Shown here piece by piece: positions 23,728 to 36,372 of a DNA stretch of 47,399 bases. Source of the stretch: Nemertoderma westbladi (taxonomy: Eukaryota; Animalia; Xenacoelomorpha); contig JAUCBJ010007099.1 of NCBI GenBank assembly GCA_032718475.1, positions 1 through 47,399 on the forward strand, in the 5' to 3' direction. The translations under genes were made by a program, and so were the position numbers. The notes under the pieces are model-generated. The model was not told the origin of the DNA. It ran no database searches and saw only the letters and a list, made by a program, of their open reading frames with translations. Position 1 is the first letter of the stretch. Every line of letters begins with the position of its first letter.

Positions 23728-23790
23728 GTCGGATTCGAACCTGGGACCTTGAGGCGGAAGCCGAGACTACAACCACTAGGCCACAGGTTC
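23685..23790 (-). mobile_element. tRNA-derived SINE/retrozyme-like element (Pol III A and B boxes followed by a hammerhead)
   Basis: A box TGGCCTAGTGG (23783-23773) and B box GGTTCGAATCC (23741-23731). Acceptor and T stems do not pair, so it is not a tRNA gene. Confidence 0.75.
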
Positions 23791-23945
23791 TTGAGATATG
23801 GAGTATTAATTTCAAAGACAGCTGCCATTTTATTATGTTTATTAAATTATTTATTTAAACGGAACATTGCTTTAAACATTGTATTTATTTTTACAGTTTG
23901 AAGTGGTGCAGGTGCATATTGTAGTACATGGTTGTGGTAGAGCGG

Positions 23946-26329
23946 CTATAGAGCAGCCGCATCGATTGGAAGACCAGGCGCAGAACAATTACAAGATATA
24001 GTTTTGAGGATCGAAATTGGGGCAATGGATGAGACGCCAGGATCCGGTATCAGTTTTTCATTGATCGCCATCCAACCAAACTTGTTAACAGCCAACAGTG
24101 GAGGTGCAGGATCATCAGCAGCTCTCCACAACAGAACTTGCAAACGAGCCCGTTTTACATGTTGTACAGCGGCACTCTGTGTGGGGGGAAGGTTGAATAC
24201 TTTAGGGTGTTGCTTCTTTGAAGTGAATACGGATGAATAGCCTATGTCGAAGTTCATTCAGAGTATCCGATATGCCACCACCATAGAGCTGTAGTTGTAA
24301 ATTTACAGCACCCATTCCGCAAAATTTAATGGAATTCAAATCTGATTTCGAAATACGAGGAAAAGATATGTTATTAGGAACTCCTCCAGAGTTCCCTGTG
24401 GACGTCTGCAGTAACTCTATAGCTGTTGAGTGGGAGTTACGAAGACCATTTGGGGTAAATACATTTAGGTCAAAGTTATCAATCAACGCGCTAATTGGTT
24501 GATGGTTTTTGTTAAAATCATCCAAAATATCGCCAGATAAAAACCACGTTCTCCTGTAAATTTTGCAGCAGACTTTCTAAAACGTAGCACTTCATCATAG
24601 CTGGCAATATATCCTAGTGAATGCAAGAAATCTATAAGTTCCCGGCTTCCAAATAGATAATGAAGCTTTATAGCCATGTGTTGCCAACTGTTGTCTGGTT
24701 ATACACTCCACTTATTAGTGCCTGTATAGACTGCGCCAAGGATACAGGTTTGTACTTTGCATTAGTGCCTGTATAGACTGCGTCAAGGATACAGGTTTGT
24801 ACTTTGCATTAGTGCCTGTATAGACTGCGCCAAGGATACAGGTTTGTACTTTGCATTAGTGCCTATATAGACTGCGCCAAGGATACAGGTTTGTACTTTG
24901 CATTAGTGCCTGTATAGACTGCGCCAAGGATACAGATTGTTTGGTTTCTTCTCCATTAGAAACTAATTTGGAAATTAGACTTAGTAGATTTTTGCTAGTG
25001 GACTCTATTGCTCGGTCTCTTGTAAATTCTGACAAGTTGTATTCAACTATAGATCGTTCTTTCATTATGCCATTCACTTCATTGACAATTTCTTGGGATA
25101 TATTTTCGACAGTGTTGTCTATGGAAACATCAACCGTTTCAACCGAAGATATTACATCAGATAATGCATCTTGGATACATATAATGCTAGCAGCACAATA
25201 AGGGCCGGTTTCCATACCATTCTTTCAGCTTTATAGCCAATTTTGAACGCTCTTTACGATATCATGGTCTCTTAATGGTCTCATGTTCAGCATCGCCTTA
25301 AATAAAATATAAATTAATTATTATTAAAAATTAATGATTAAAAATCATTTAGCAGAGTTTTGCTGCTGGAGACAAGTACTTAAAAGAACTTAACAGATTA
25401 AAGTACTTAAAGAAAAAAGTATTAAACATAAATAAAACAAGCTAGAAAAAAATACCAGCTAGTAAAAAAACACTAGCTTCCATTAAATATTATTTACCGT
25501 TAAATATTATTTACCGTTAAATATTATTTACCATTAAATAAATAGTTATTACACACTCTTTAAAATTTGTTAGTTAGGACTTACCTGAACCATTATTACG
25601 ACATGTAGATGTTGAAGAGAATTCGAAATCCAAGATGCGACAGTACACTGAATGTAATTGTACCGATGTCCATAACCTATTTTTGTTCTGTTCCATTTCC
25701 TTTACAACTTCTCTAAACGCAACGTCCTTATTTGCATCTGCAAAGGGTATTGCTTTACGGAGAGCCAATAAAATTCTTCGTGGGGCCCGAAATGAACTAT
25801 AGCAGGATTTATGATATTGGGCTGACACAGAAGTTAGGTCTATGCCTTCCAGACGAAGTTTGATAGTTTCTGCTAAATTATCACCATGAGTTAGAATTCC
25901 CAAATCACAAACCCGGAGTAATTATTCCTAACCTTGGTCTTGCACTGAACCACACTCTCCCAGCTATTAGAATGCCTATCATCTTTCTTTAGACAAACTT
26001 TACTACATATGACACAATCGCGCTCAAATTATATAAGCCCATCAGAACGCAACTTTTTCACAGGTGGTTCTGGTAATTTCTGTGAGTTGGAAATGTGTCG
26101 TCGTTTTAACTCACGCTCTGTGTTGTTTCGAAGTATATGTAGAAATGCACTGTTTGTGAAAAATAACACTCAGTTCCGAATCGTTATTAAGTTTTCGCTG
26201 AAGAATTTCATTGAGGTTATCACTTTCACGGGCTGCACTACAAGCTATGATTTTCTTTATGCGAATTGGTCCTCCAGTGATTAGTGTTCCAGATGTTTTT
26301 TGGCAAAACAGACAGGAATCATCCATCAT
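23946..26329 (-). pseudogene. Fragmented Academ-type transposase/nuclease gene
   Basis: Fragments CLFC, YHKSCY, LHYLFGSRELIDFLHSLGYIASYDEVLRF, DNFDLNVFTPNG...H and LPPTQSAAVQHVKRARLQVLLW...FGW...CNC. Confidence 0.7.
24715..24935. repeat. 47-bp tandem repeat, about 4.7 copies
   Basis: TTAGTGCCTGTATAGACTGCGCCAAGGATACAGGTTTGTACTTTGCA at 24715, 24762, 24809, 24856 and 24903 (partial). Confidence 0.95.
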
Positions 26330-26643
26330 TTAGCGCCGACTATAAGTCGATTATACTTTTATAACAGTATATGATGTTGGGATGTTGGGATGTAAATAGG
26401 GTACTAGTTCGTCATGTCGAAACCCCCATCCAATTGTTTTCCACGAGCTAAAGCTTCTTTGATTTTTATATATTATTTTCTTGAACATAGTCAACATTCT
26501 ATAATATTTTTTATTCTTTTTTTGCTTCTCTTTATCAAAATACTATCTATTAAACAATAGAACAAACAATAAATAATAAACAATAAAAAACCACGTGGTA
26601 AAAAATCCATGATAAACCATGAAAAACCATGATAAAAAATCAT

Positions 26644-26742
26644 GGGATAGGAGTAGCGCCCACCCCTACCCTCGGGTAGCAGCTATCGAAAGAGGAGCCT
26701 TCGGGTCGCCTCCGGCTTCGGCCGACTGTTTGCTTGCTTACT
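26644..26742 (+). other. Compact structured GC-rich insert, probably a retroposon 3' end
   Basis: Hairpins CTACC(CTCG)GGTAG, TC(GAAA)GA, GCC(TTCG)GGT and CGGC(TTCG)GCCG, then a TTGC-repeat tail, in AT-rich flanks. Confidence 0.5.
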
Positions 26743-27049
26743 AAAAAACCAAAATATTTTATTGGCACGTTTTGCATATTCTGGAATATTTTAGAAATTT
26801 CAATTTAGCTAAATTCATTTTCAACACAACTAAAACTGCTACCAACCATAAAAAACACTAGCTATGTAAAATACAAAACAAGTTACGTAATATAATTTTT
26901 TGATTTTTTTTAATGAATAAATGTGCCGCTGTGTGCTGCCATAAAAAATACTAGCTATATCAATTTTACTAAATAATACTAATGACCAATAAAGTGTGTG
27001 TGTAAACCAAGTTAAATTACGAGGCGGTAGGCAATATATAAACGAAGCG

Positions 27050-29262
27050 TGTTACGGTATATGGCGCTGTACCTACATTATGTAATATATTAGTCCGTTA
27101 TACTGTACATATATTAGTCCATCATACAGTATAATATATTAGTTCATTATATAGTATCATATATTAGTCCGTGATGCAGTATAATTATTTAGATAAGGCA
27201 TAACGCGCAATGATATTTAGATAAGGAAATTGAAACGCCCATATATTTTGAACTCATCCATTTTGTATAGTATGTAGCCCTACCTATGTAATTTGTTAAT
27301 AGGATATAAGTAGATAGTTCCAGGGTAGCAAGTTCTTGTTGGACCCTGGATATGGGCTTGCTGTTATTAGCCTTGATGGGGCTAGCTACTGGTTTTAATT
27401 TTCTCTATAATTGCGCTAAATTAACATTTGTGCATGATATTATGAGTACCGCTAAATTAAGCATCGGGAAAATTACCTTTTATGGTGATAATTTGCGATT
27501 TCAGGGAGCAATAGGTTCACAATCCGGCTCTCTTATTGGCCTAACTGCTTCCAGGTTGGTCTAATGATAGCTCGGATTGGGGAGCCAATGAGAGATCGAT
27601 TGCATCACCCTTCTCAAATCACCTATAAATTGGCGTTTTGCCGCTTATCCCTTATTACCACACCACCCAGCCTTATCACTGTTCAACTATTATTCGATGC
27701 TTAGTTTTTGTGTAAATTACTGCCCTTTTGATTTTCTTGCAATGATTCGCTAATTTGCAATTTCTGTTGATTCTTGTTTGTGTTTCTCAATCAATCCCAA
27801 CGATTACTGTTAATTACAAATTGGAACTATGATTTCTACCCTTTAGTAAATGGTTCTATGTGATTCCTTTCGACACAATAATCCTACGGGATTCCTTAGA
27901 CTGTCAGACTTTGAGATTTGCATGTGCCGCTACGGTAGCTATTCATTCTGATGGAGGGCTAGGTTACCGGTAAGCGCGGCGGGCGCATTGGGGGGTTAGC
28001 GACGAAAGGAGTGCGGAGGATTCAAAGGCGAGCAACATTGGTGGGAGTACTATTGCGGGTGCAAGTTTGCGGTGTAGAGCGGGTCAGGTGCGCCGGTACA
28101 GTAATTAGGGGCTGATGATCCAGATTTTGTCTCTATTTTGTAGTATTAGGGGGACAGGAATTGGGTTAGTTAGGAAGCCTGGATGTAGCCGGAGAGATCT
28201 GCGTGCTTTACGTTGCGAATTGTGAGCTAAACTGTAGACTATGTCACAAGCTACATGCGAACTGTAGGTTGCGATTGCTATCTGACTGTTGATTGTGAAT
28301 TGTGCGTTAAGAACTAAATTGGTAAGTATAAACTATAGATTGTTACGCTGATTGGTGTGTTACTAAAGTGTGCCTAATAAATCACGAATGCTTGGATAGG
28401 CGCTCTTTTCCCTTTGATTGATTTCTATTTCTTAGTTTGCTGTAATTAATTACTGATTAGGTCGAAAATAATACGGTAATTTAGGCTGTTGCTAGTGTAA
28501 CCCGTTGCGTAATAAATTAGAATTACGCACTCTGGAATACTTAGTAATTAGTACGCCGTTACATATTTGTGACTGTAATTATTTAGTAAAATTAAGAATT
28601 TGTACGCAGCATAGCGGAGGGTAGTGAAGGTAATAAATTTAGAGTACCGTACACTATTCACGCTGGGCGGTTATTTGAATTAGCGGACAAAATTCACATC
28701 GTAGTATACAGTATATAGCGCGCATCAGTAAATTGCTGGTCTAAAGCCAGCCGCAGATAAGTTTGAGTCCCGAAATAAACACTGCACCGATTTTGATTAT
28801 TTTAAATATTCTCACATTCACACATTCCGTTAGGGAACCCCAGTATTGCGATTAGATGCGATTAGATTAGATTAAAAAGGACGTAATTGTTAACGCGTTT
28901 TAGCAGTAAAGTAAAATTAGGCCATAGGAATACACTCTGAGTGTAAAATCTCTCACACTCGTTTTAAGTCAGCTTAGGGAGCCGATTCGGGTTTTTTGTT
29001 TTGGTTATTCCCGCGTGGCTCATATATTCGAACAGTTAGCTCTCTATCGAGTAATCGGTAGAGAAAGAAACAAGAAATTAGCAGGAGCTGTAGAAAGTTA
29101 GTAAAATATATTAGCGGACGGCAGGTTAGCGCCATCTAACGGTGAGTAGCGGTTTTGTATTTAGCAGCCCTATATTAGCAATAATACGCTCCTGATTGAC
29201 CTGTCTAATAAATAGAGCAGTTTTGTGTCTTTATTGGTTAGGCTGGGGTAGTTTGTTTAACA
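27050..29262. mobile_element. Solo LTR or LTR-bounded insertion, 2213 bp
   Basis: TGTTA...TAACA termini; exact 5-bp TSD AAGCG (27045-27049 and 29263-29267); no convincing ORF. Confidence 0.8.
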
Positions 29263-29811
29263 AAGCGGTTAACGAAACGGCGCTGAACAATAAATAAAAC
29301 AAACGAGCATGGGGTTAGGCCTACATACCGTTTAAAAGATTTGCAAAATATGGGTAATCAAAGCTTTCATAACACAGCTAAGTATACTGCAATTACAGTA
29401 TATTGAGATCTAAACATACAGATATACGTAGTTGTTTATCTCTGTTCTAGAACACTTAATTTAATTACTCCAGTAACAAACGTTTATAATTTAATGTAAT
29501 TTTTGGAATAGATTGACTAATTTGTACTTGTATTTTATGCTGTAAAAAAATTCCCCAAGGTATCCCAACTGGCACCCGGTGAATATTTACATTATTATTA
29601 TCAGGGAAGACATTGAGAAAATAAAATTGCGTGATGACTCAAGTTCACGGTCCTCCCTTGAGCTCTATTGAGCGTCTACTGGACTAATGTCATCATTATA
29701 AATAATGTATAGAGTATAGTATACACTTTTCTAAGATTTAGTACATCCATATTCCATAATGTATTTTATATTCAATATACAGTATAAACTGTTCTAAAAA
29801 TATCAGCTATT

Positions 29812-30148
29812 TTTTAACAGTTCCGCATAGCACTACATTTTTATAACATAAGTCATTGTTACCATGGCAACATTGTAGAGTTCTAGAACACAAAATATAT
29901 AATATACACTATTCTAGAACATAAATAATATAAAAAATATAACGTTATAGAATATATAGCTTGTTATTTTTCAAATTTAAAATAGCTACTATAAAGATAT
30001 ACAATTAATATAAAAAAAAATTTTCTTCTAGAACAAAATTTTTATATTAAATTAATAGATCATATGTTCTAGAACATTAAAAGTAATAAAAACTAGCTAG
30101 TATAACAAATTTGGGGGGGAGGGGGGGGTGCACAAAACACACTAGTAC
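29812..30148. mobile_element. Foldback/MITE fragment with GTTCTAGAAC motifs (right end)
   Basis: About 30050-30148 is an inverted repeat of 33816-33915; about 29815-29990 is a direct repeat of 34113-34290. Confidence 0.6.
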
Positions 30149-30324
30149 GACCATCCACGGTGGACGGCCTTCACATACGATCGCTGCGAATATAAGTATT
30201 AAATAGCTAACATTTTTAAGAACATCGGCGGTACATACTGTAAACTAATAATTTCTTATTAAAAAAAAACACAGGGGGCTGCTTTAAAACGACTTGATTG
30301 TGCCTGCGTGTTTAGTGTATACAG

Positions 30325-33042
30325 TAGGGTGTAGTGAATTTTCGAAATTTCTGATTTTCGTTCCAGAACTCAGTCAAAATATGAGGTTGGATATCAATAG
30401 CAACTATGCCAAATATTTTTTCAATCTGAAAAGTAGAAGTCATGTCTCCGTGCCATTGAAATTTTCATATTAATTAACAAAAATGTCGTATTTGTCTAAA
30501 CCTAGATGGCTCTAGAAAGAGAACCAATTATCGGATTTTGTAGAAATCCTGTTTTTTGGAATCTATGGACAAAGTAGAATGCGATAGGAAGACGCAAAAT
30601 TAATTTTGGCCGAGTTGAAAAAATTTTTTTTTTTTAATTTTCAACTTTTTCTGAATTGTTGTTGGAATGTTTATGAAATGGTAAATTGCAAATTAAGAAA
30701 TAGCAAAAAAAGGTTAATATGCGACAAAATACTTCAGTTGTGATGTTTTTAGAATATAATTAAGTAATAAATTTTAATAAAGTTTTCAGAAGACAAATGC
30801 TCTAATATAAGTTCAATAAGGGTTGTCAGAATACACTGTTTATGAATGATTAAGACTATCTCATGTAATTTTCAGAATACAAATTGTTTCTTAGTGTTAA
30901 ACGCTTTCCGTTGTTTCCTGGCATCAATCCTCGAAAGTATTAGTTTATCTCTCTCATTACTCCCAACAACTTCCATCGACACTTCAGTGACGATTGGGAC
31001 CATCCTTTCAACAACCTGAGTGTGCCATGGGTAGTCAAGATTAGGAAGATCGAGATCTTTAGAAACAAATATGCTACTGAGATCGCAATCTAAAATATCC
31101 TTAGTCAATGGTGGTTCAGTGATGATATTAACACTCCAATCAATCAGACTGATGTAATAATCATTGGCTTCAAAATTGATCAATGGTGGCTAAAGCTTTC
31201 GAACATTGCTTGTTAACTTGATGGAGTTTAAAACCCGAGCTTTCTTAATCTTGCATACAGCAAGATTTCGAAGGTGAACTCGCTAATCCATTAACATGGA
31301 TATCAGTCGATTTTCAGAGTGTGCAAAGAATGCATTACGTTGGATTGTTGAATCGACTGTAGCTTTATGTTCACCATCAAGGTAGAGGGGTCACTTCACA
31401 AGTTGAAAAAGGTTTAGTGATCCATCTTTAATACTATTGTGGCATTTAATCAGGAACCACATGGGAGAATTAACAATAACAGTAAGTCCCTCACTAGGTG
31501 AATGATATGATATATATGCGGCATATACGATTTGCGGTGGTAACCCATCTTGAATGACTGAGCTTACCAGGATCAAGTCGAGACAATATTTCATCACAAT
31601 GTCCATCAATGATCATGCATGTAATTAAATAAAGATATTTTTGGTCCGTTGACAATTCCTTGATTACTGATTGTGGAAGTTTTGTGAAGGTTTCTGATGT
31701 GAGCGGCATATATTCAATCACATCCATTCTTGGTAGATTACCATTTGCAATTTGTTCTCCAATTAAACCTTTGAATGCTTTAGGACCTGAAGTAGGCCCA
31801 TCAACTAAGGTAAAAAGGTGGTGCAGGGGGAGTTCATTCATATGCACCAGCAGATATACCACTGTAAAGGTCTTTCAAGTTTCAATTCTAACAAATGAAT
31901 CACACCAGCATGAACTCCAGTATTTAAAGGAGTACCATCACAACCAACAACTACAATATCTGACAAAGACAAGGATCTTTCCTGGAAGAAATTTAGTATT
32001 GATGTTAATATATCCTCAGATCGGCCTCCCTTAGGACTAACCTGACCAAGATAGCATCCTCCTGGTTCTGTTACCATTACATAATGTTCTTCTAATTTGG
32101 ATTTTACATGGTTAGATGTGGATTCATCTTTTATTAGAGTTAAATCCTTTCGGCCATCAAAATATAATCCAGTGATTGATCGATTCTTACCGAGAAAGTA
32201 ATGATTCAAATATAGATGATCGACGTTTTGCTCGTTTTCTTCTGATATTGTGATGATCAACAACATCTTTTGATGAGAAGCTCTCCCCTTTTATGTCTTG
32301 AGATGTTGCTGAAATAATTGCAGTTGCAGCGCGATCTGGAATTGCATATCTATCAGCTTCCCTACAAGCAGAAATGTATAAATTCCTATTTTGAGATGTA
32401 CTGGAATGACTGGCTGTTGATGGTTCAGGAGGAAATACATCCATCGGACTTTGATCTTCAGTTGGGTTAGAAGATTCAGTTACTGTAGAAGATTTGGCAA
32501 CCCTTTCATGTTCGATGCACTGCCTCTTATACACTGCCTCGATAAACTGCCTGTGTTCAGATTTATTATGTTTCTCAGTGGCAATCCTTGCTGCATTACC
32601 ATCTATACCTCCAATATGTAACAAACGTCCTGCTCTCTGATCCTCCAGAAAATATACTTCAGCATCATTTGGTTCCTTGGCAATTTCAAATAATTTCTTA
32701 AAATGTTTCTGATATTCTACTACTAGCTCAGAGTACAACGTCTCCAATTCTCGCGCCTTGGGTACTTTGCTAACATCATCACGAATATTGTCCAACTCAC
32801 TCAAGATTTTCTTAGTCACTCCTTTTAAGGTATAGGAGGGAATGCTGGCACGGATATAAACCGAAATAACATCCTTGGCAGAATTGTGCAACATAGGATA
32901 GTTTTGGGTTGGAAGGAATTGATGCTTGCCTCAATTTAAAATGACGTAGAACATCACCAATAGTCGGAAGTTGGGTCAGTGGCAACTGCATTGGACACCC
33001 AAATAATGAAGTGTTAACCTTTTGACGAGTTCCTTTCGACAT
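30325..33042 (-). mobile_element. hATm-type DNA transposon 1 with frameshifted transposase (30872-33042)
   Basis: TAGGGTG terminus at 30325. Motifs FDGRKD.TL, GCDGT..NTG...GVI..LE...RPLQW.IC, HMNELPL, DGPTSGP, LSTDQKYL, SHSRWVTTANR and HTQVVERMV. Second TIR not found. Confidence 0.75.
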
Positions 33043-33815
33043 TTTAGAAATATAATTAAATCGTCAGAATTTAAAAGTCCTATATAATAGTCTATAGTTT
33101 ACAGCAGTAGTAGCAGTTTAGTTTTTAATGCATACCGGTACAAATCAGATTAATGTCATAATGTCATAAATTAATTACACACTAAAGTATGTACTACTAA
33201 AGAATAAATGTGAAAGTGAAAGTAAATAAGTGTATGCCTAGCCCTTGTCCGGTACAACATAGAGATAGATTTTAGGTCAGAAATAATAAATGCTTGTTGG
33301 GTTGATTTATCCAGACATAGAGGTGGGAATTTTGAAATCTATGAATCAAAAGTTGTCATATTAAATGCTGGTTAGCGAGCTGTCATAAACTGTGTGTTTC
33401 TTTAAACTATTCAATAAATTTAAATAATAAATTATTAATTAAATTAAATTAATTAAGGCCTGTTGGCAGTTGTTTTCTAAAAACTCTTAGTTATTTTCTA
33501 TAAACTTCATTATCGTATTATAAGTACTTGTATATTTCTTAGGTTCGGTAGGGGTCGGCTAGCTAGCTTGTTTTTGGCCTGTAGTTCTAGAATGCAAATT
33601 AGCTATACCGATCACCAACTGTGTTCTGACGTCTAACATGGTCCTCCATCCAAAAATAATAGTTTCGTTAATTTACCGAAGGTATTGCGCTTAACGCCGC
33701 CAGAGCCCGTACTAAATAAATAATTATAACAATTATATATTTTTTGAAATATATTGAATATATAGGTGGCACGGCAAACTGTAAGAGAGCCGATTTTTCA
33801 TAATGCAAATTTTTG

Positions 33816-34340
33816 GTACTAGTGTGTTTTGTGCACACGCCCCCCCCCCCCCCAAATTTTTTATACTAGCTAGTTTTTTTTTTTTTTAATGTTCTAGAAC
33901 ATATTATCTATTCATTTTTTTATTAATTTTGTTCTAGAACAAAATTAATTAATTAGGTATTTTTGAAGTTATTAAAGCTAGTTTTTCTTACTTTTTTTAA
34001 AACGTACTGGAACATATCGTCTATTTATTTTTCAAAAACGTAATGTTCTAGAACAAATATTTTTTGTTCTAGAACATTAAAAACAATGTTATTTTGTGGT
34101 GTTGTTTATTTGGAACAGTTCCGTATGCAGTCGCCTTTTTATAACATAAATCATTGTTACCATGGCAACATTGTAGAGTTCTAGAACAAAATGTAATTAT
34201 TATACACGATACTAGAACATAAATAAAATAAAAAATATAATGTTATAGAACATATACCTAGTCATTTTTCAAATTTAAAATAGCTAGTAATATTACTAGC
34301 TAGTCAATTAGTTAATGTTCTAGAACACAATATTTAAAAA
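33816..34340. mobile_element. Second copy of the GTTCTAGAAC foldback/MITE (left end)
   Basis: Starts GTACTAGTGTGTTTTGTGCAC-poly-C, the reverse complement of the end at 30148. Confidence 0.6.
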
Positions 34341-35027
34341 AAAAATGTTGCAATGAAGTCAGTGGTCATATTACTATGCAAAAAGTACATCATTTCGTTA
34401 ATTAATATCAAAATATCAAATGATTCTGATTACTCAACGTTAAATAATTAAATGTTCTCGAATATTTATTACGTAACTAGAGAGCCACTAGACTACATAA
34501 ACCAATATTGGGTTCCATTATGGAGTACGCCTTGTAAATACTAAAGTTACAATAACTTTTGAGTGTGTGCATAGATTTAGCACAAATTAGTTTCAAACCT
34601 TTTCTACGTCGATGCTCTTGCAATGTAAGGTCCAGTAGTATACCGCGTACCGAATCCTAGTAACGAAAATACCTTACTGTAGAATCCAGTAGTGTACACG
34701 GGTTCGTACAGTATCTGACAAGAAATTCCAGTCCAGGGTGTCTAAATAAACAGATACCAAGTACACAAACTACTACTGGCGAGGAACGAAGCCTGATATC
34801 TCTTCTAATACTTGGGTGAATCAATTGCCCGGGCTAACTAGACAAACAGGATACCCGGCCTCTAACCAGTGATGCAGATGTACAGTCTACAGATACAGAC
34901 CAGACTCATGGGAAAACAATCCCTGCGTAGCGAATCCCAACTACCACTAATGGACCTAAATACTGTAGACTTGCTGCGGTGTGATTTATATGGGTATAAT
35001 ATGAGCTAGCGGGTCAACCGACTTAAG

Positions 35028-35140
35028 GCGTGCGTGCGTGTGTGTGTGTGTGTGTGTGGGGGGGGGGGGGGGTGTGTGTGTGTGTGTGTGGGGGGTGTGT
35101 GTGTGTGTGTGTGTACGTGTGTGTGTGTGTGTGTGTGTGT
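35028..35140. repeat. (TG)n microsatellite interrupted by poly-G
   Basis: Seen directly. Confidence 0.95.
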
Positions 35141-35648
35141 AGGTGAACTGGTTCAAACAGGGGACAATTGTATGAATACACAGCGACAAACCGGGGACGA
35201 TCTACAATCCGGGGACGTCCCCGGAATGAAATGATATCAAAAATGGAATCTACGTACTAAAATTAATGGATTCTGAAAATTTCAGATCATTTCGGCGATG
35301 TCCCCTGTTCCACCCAAACCTGTCAAATACGTGTGTAAATTTGTGTTTGAGTTTTGAAAATTTCACCGACCCCAGTATAATGCGATGGTTTCAAGTGTCC
35401 CCATTTCCATACAGTTAATATAACATTCCAAACACTCGTTGTAGTATGGGTGCTGTTGTTCAATGTGGGGACTGGAATCTACAATGTCATTAATATTTTG
35501 TGATCTAATTAACATTTTGACCACACGCAGCAGTATGTGTGGCATGGTTCAAAATGGGGACTAGGAATTCATTGTCCCCTAAAAAGTAGAGATTAATTTT
35601 AAGTAAGTAGAATATATGTCAAATGTTGCAATTTGGGAATCAAATACT

Positions 35649-36372
35649 ACTACTACTACTAAGATCGGCATGCTGCATTGCAGCTGCATTTTTAAGAATG
35701 CTGTGCCGGCTTGTCAACAAAATTGCACCGCCACAACTCCCTATCACCCATGACATTTGCTAGATCATCCGCATCTTTAAGGCCAGTGTCCTTTAAGATG
35801 CGTCTCAAGAAAGTCATGGGCTGTCCACCATGCTTATTAACTCCATGAGGCTGCCAAAGTACAAGATTATGCACTGGCTGGTCCTCACGGCGAAAGCAAT
35901 GTCCTGCAAAGCGGAGGCGATTTTGTTCTAGTGTCAAGCTTGGGGGAACCAATGAGACACCTCCAATGTTATATAGTGTCTGGTTGGAGATGTGTGCATT
36001 GTACTTGACACAATGAACCCGGCGTAGCATTCTTGTGAATGTGCCATCCAGAGATTTGGTGTCCTCAGCAGTTAGAGCCCAGCATGGACTCCCGTAGAGG
36101 AGTACTGGAACTACTGCTGCTCTAAATAATCGGACCTTAAGTTTCCGATTAATTCTCGGTGACTTCCAAATCCTGGAAAGCCTATTCAAGGCTGCCCATG
36201 CCTTTCCCTTACGTATTCGAAGGTCCTCACCTGACTTCCGGATCCATGATCCCAGGTAACAGAAGTCGTCCACATGCTCAAGCATACCATCCTTTGAGCT
36301 TATGCTCATTCGATCACAGACTTGCTGAGGACTTTCAAAGTTAACTGTCAGAATTTTGGTCTTTCTGGAGTC
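35649..36372 (-). mobile_element. 5'-truncated RTE-clade LINE
   Basis: ORF 35692..36309 has FCYLGS, KAWAAL..L..IWKS, RLFRA.V.PVLLYG..W and LDGTFTRMLR. (TAG)n tail; 15-bp TSD TGGGAATCAAATACT at 35634-35648 and 36373-36387. Confidence 0.9.

Larger units (their letters stand above)
22928..29678 (-). mobile_element. Academ-type DNA transposon 2 (decayed), inserted in the start of transposon 1
   Basis: Termini TAGAC...GTCTA with an imperfect inverted repeat (ACCGTGACTTTGGGTCATCACGC vs GCGTGATGACTCAAGTTCACGGT). Flanks CAGG/CTGG (possible 4-bp TSD, one mismatch). Confidence 0.65.

Noticed and set aside
23720-23790. Functional tRNA gene
   Set aside because: A and B boxes are present but the acceptor and T stems do not pair.
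24715-24935. CRISPR-like array
   Set aside because: Head-to-tail 47-bp units with no unique spacers, no cas genes, and a eukaryotic TE context.
34986-35234. HT/VC-repeat ORFs
   Set aside because: Translations of the (TG)n microsatellite.
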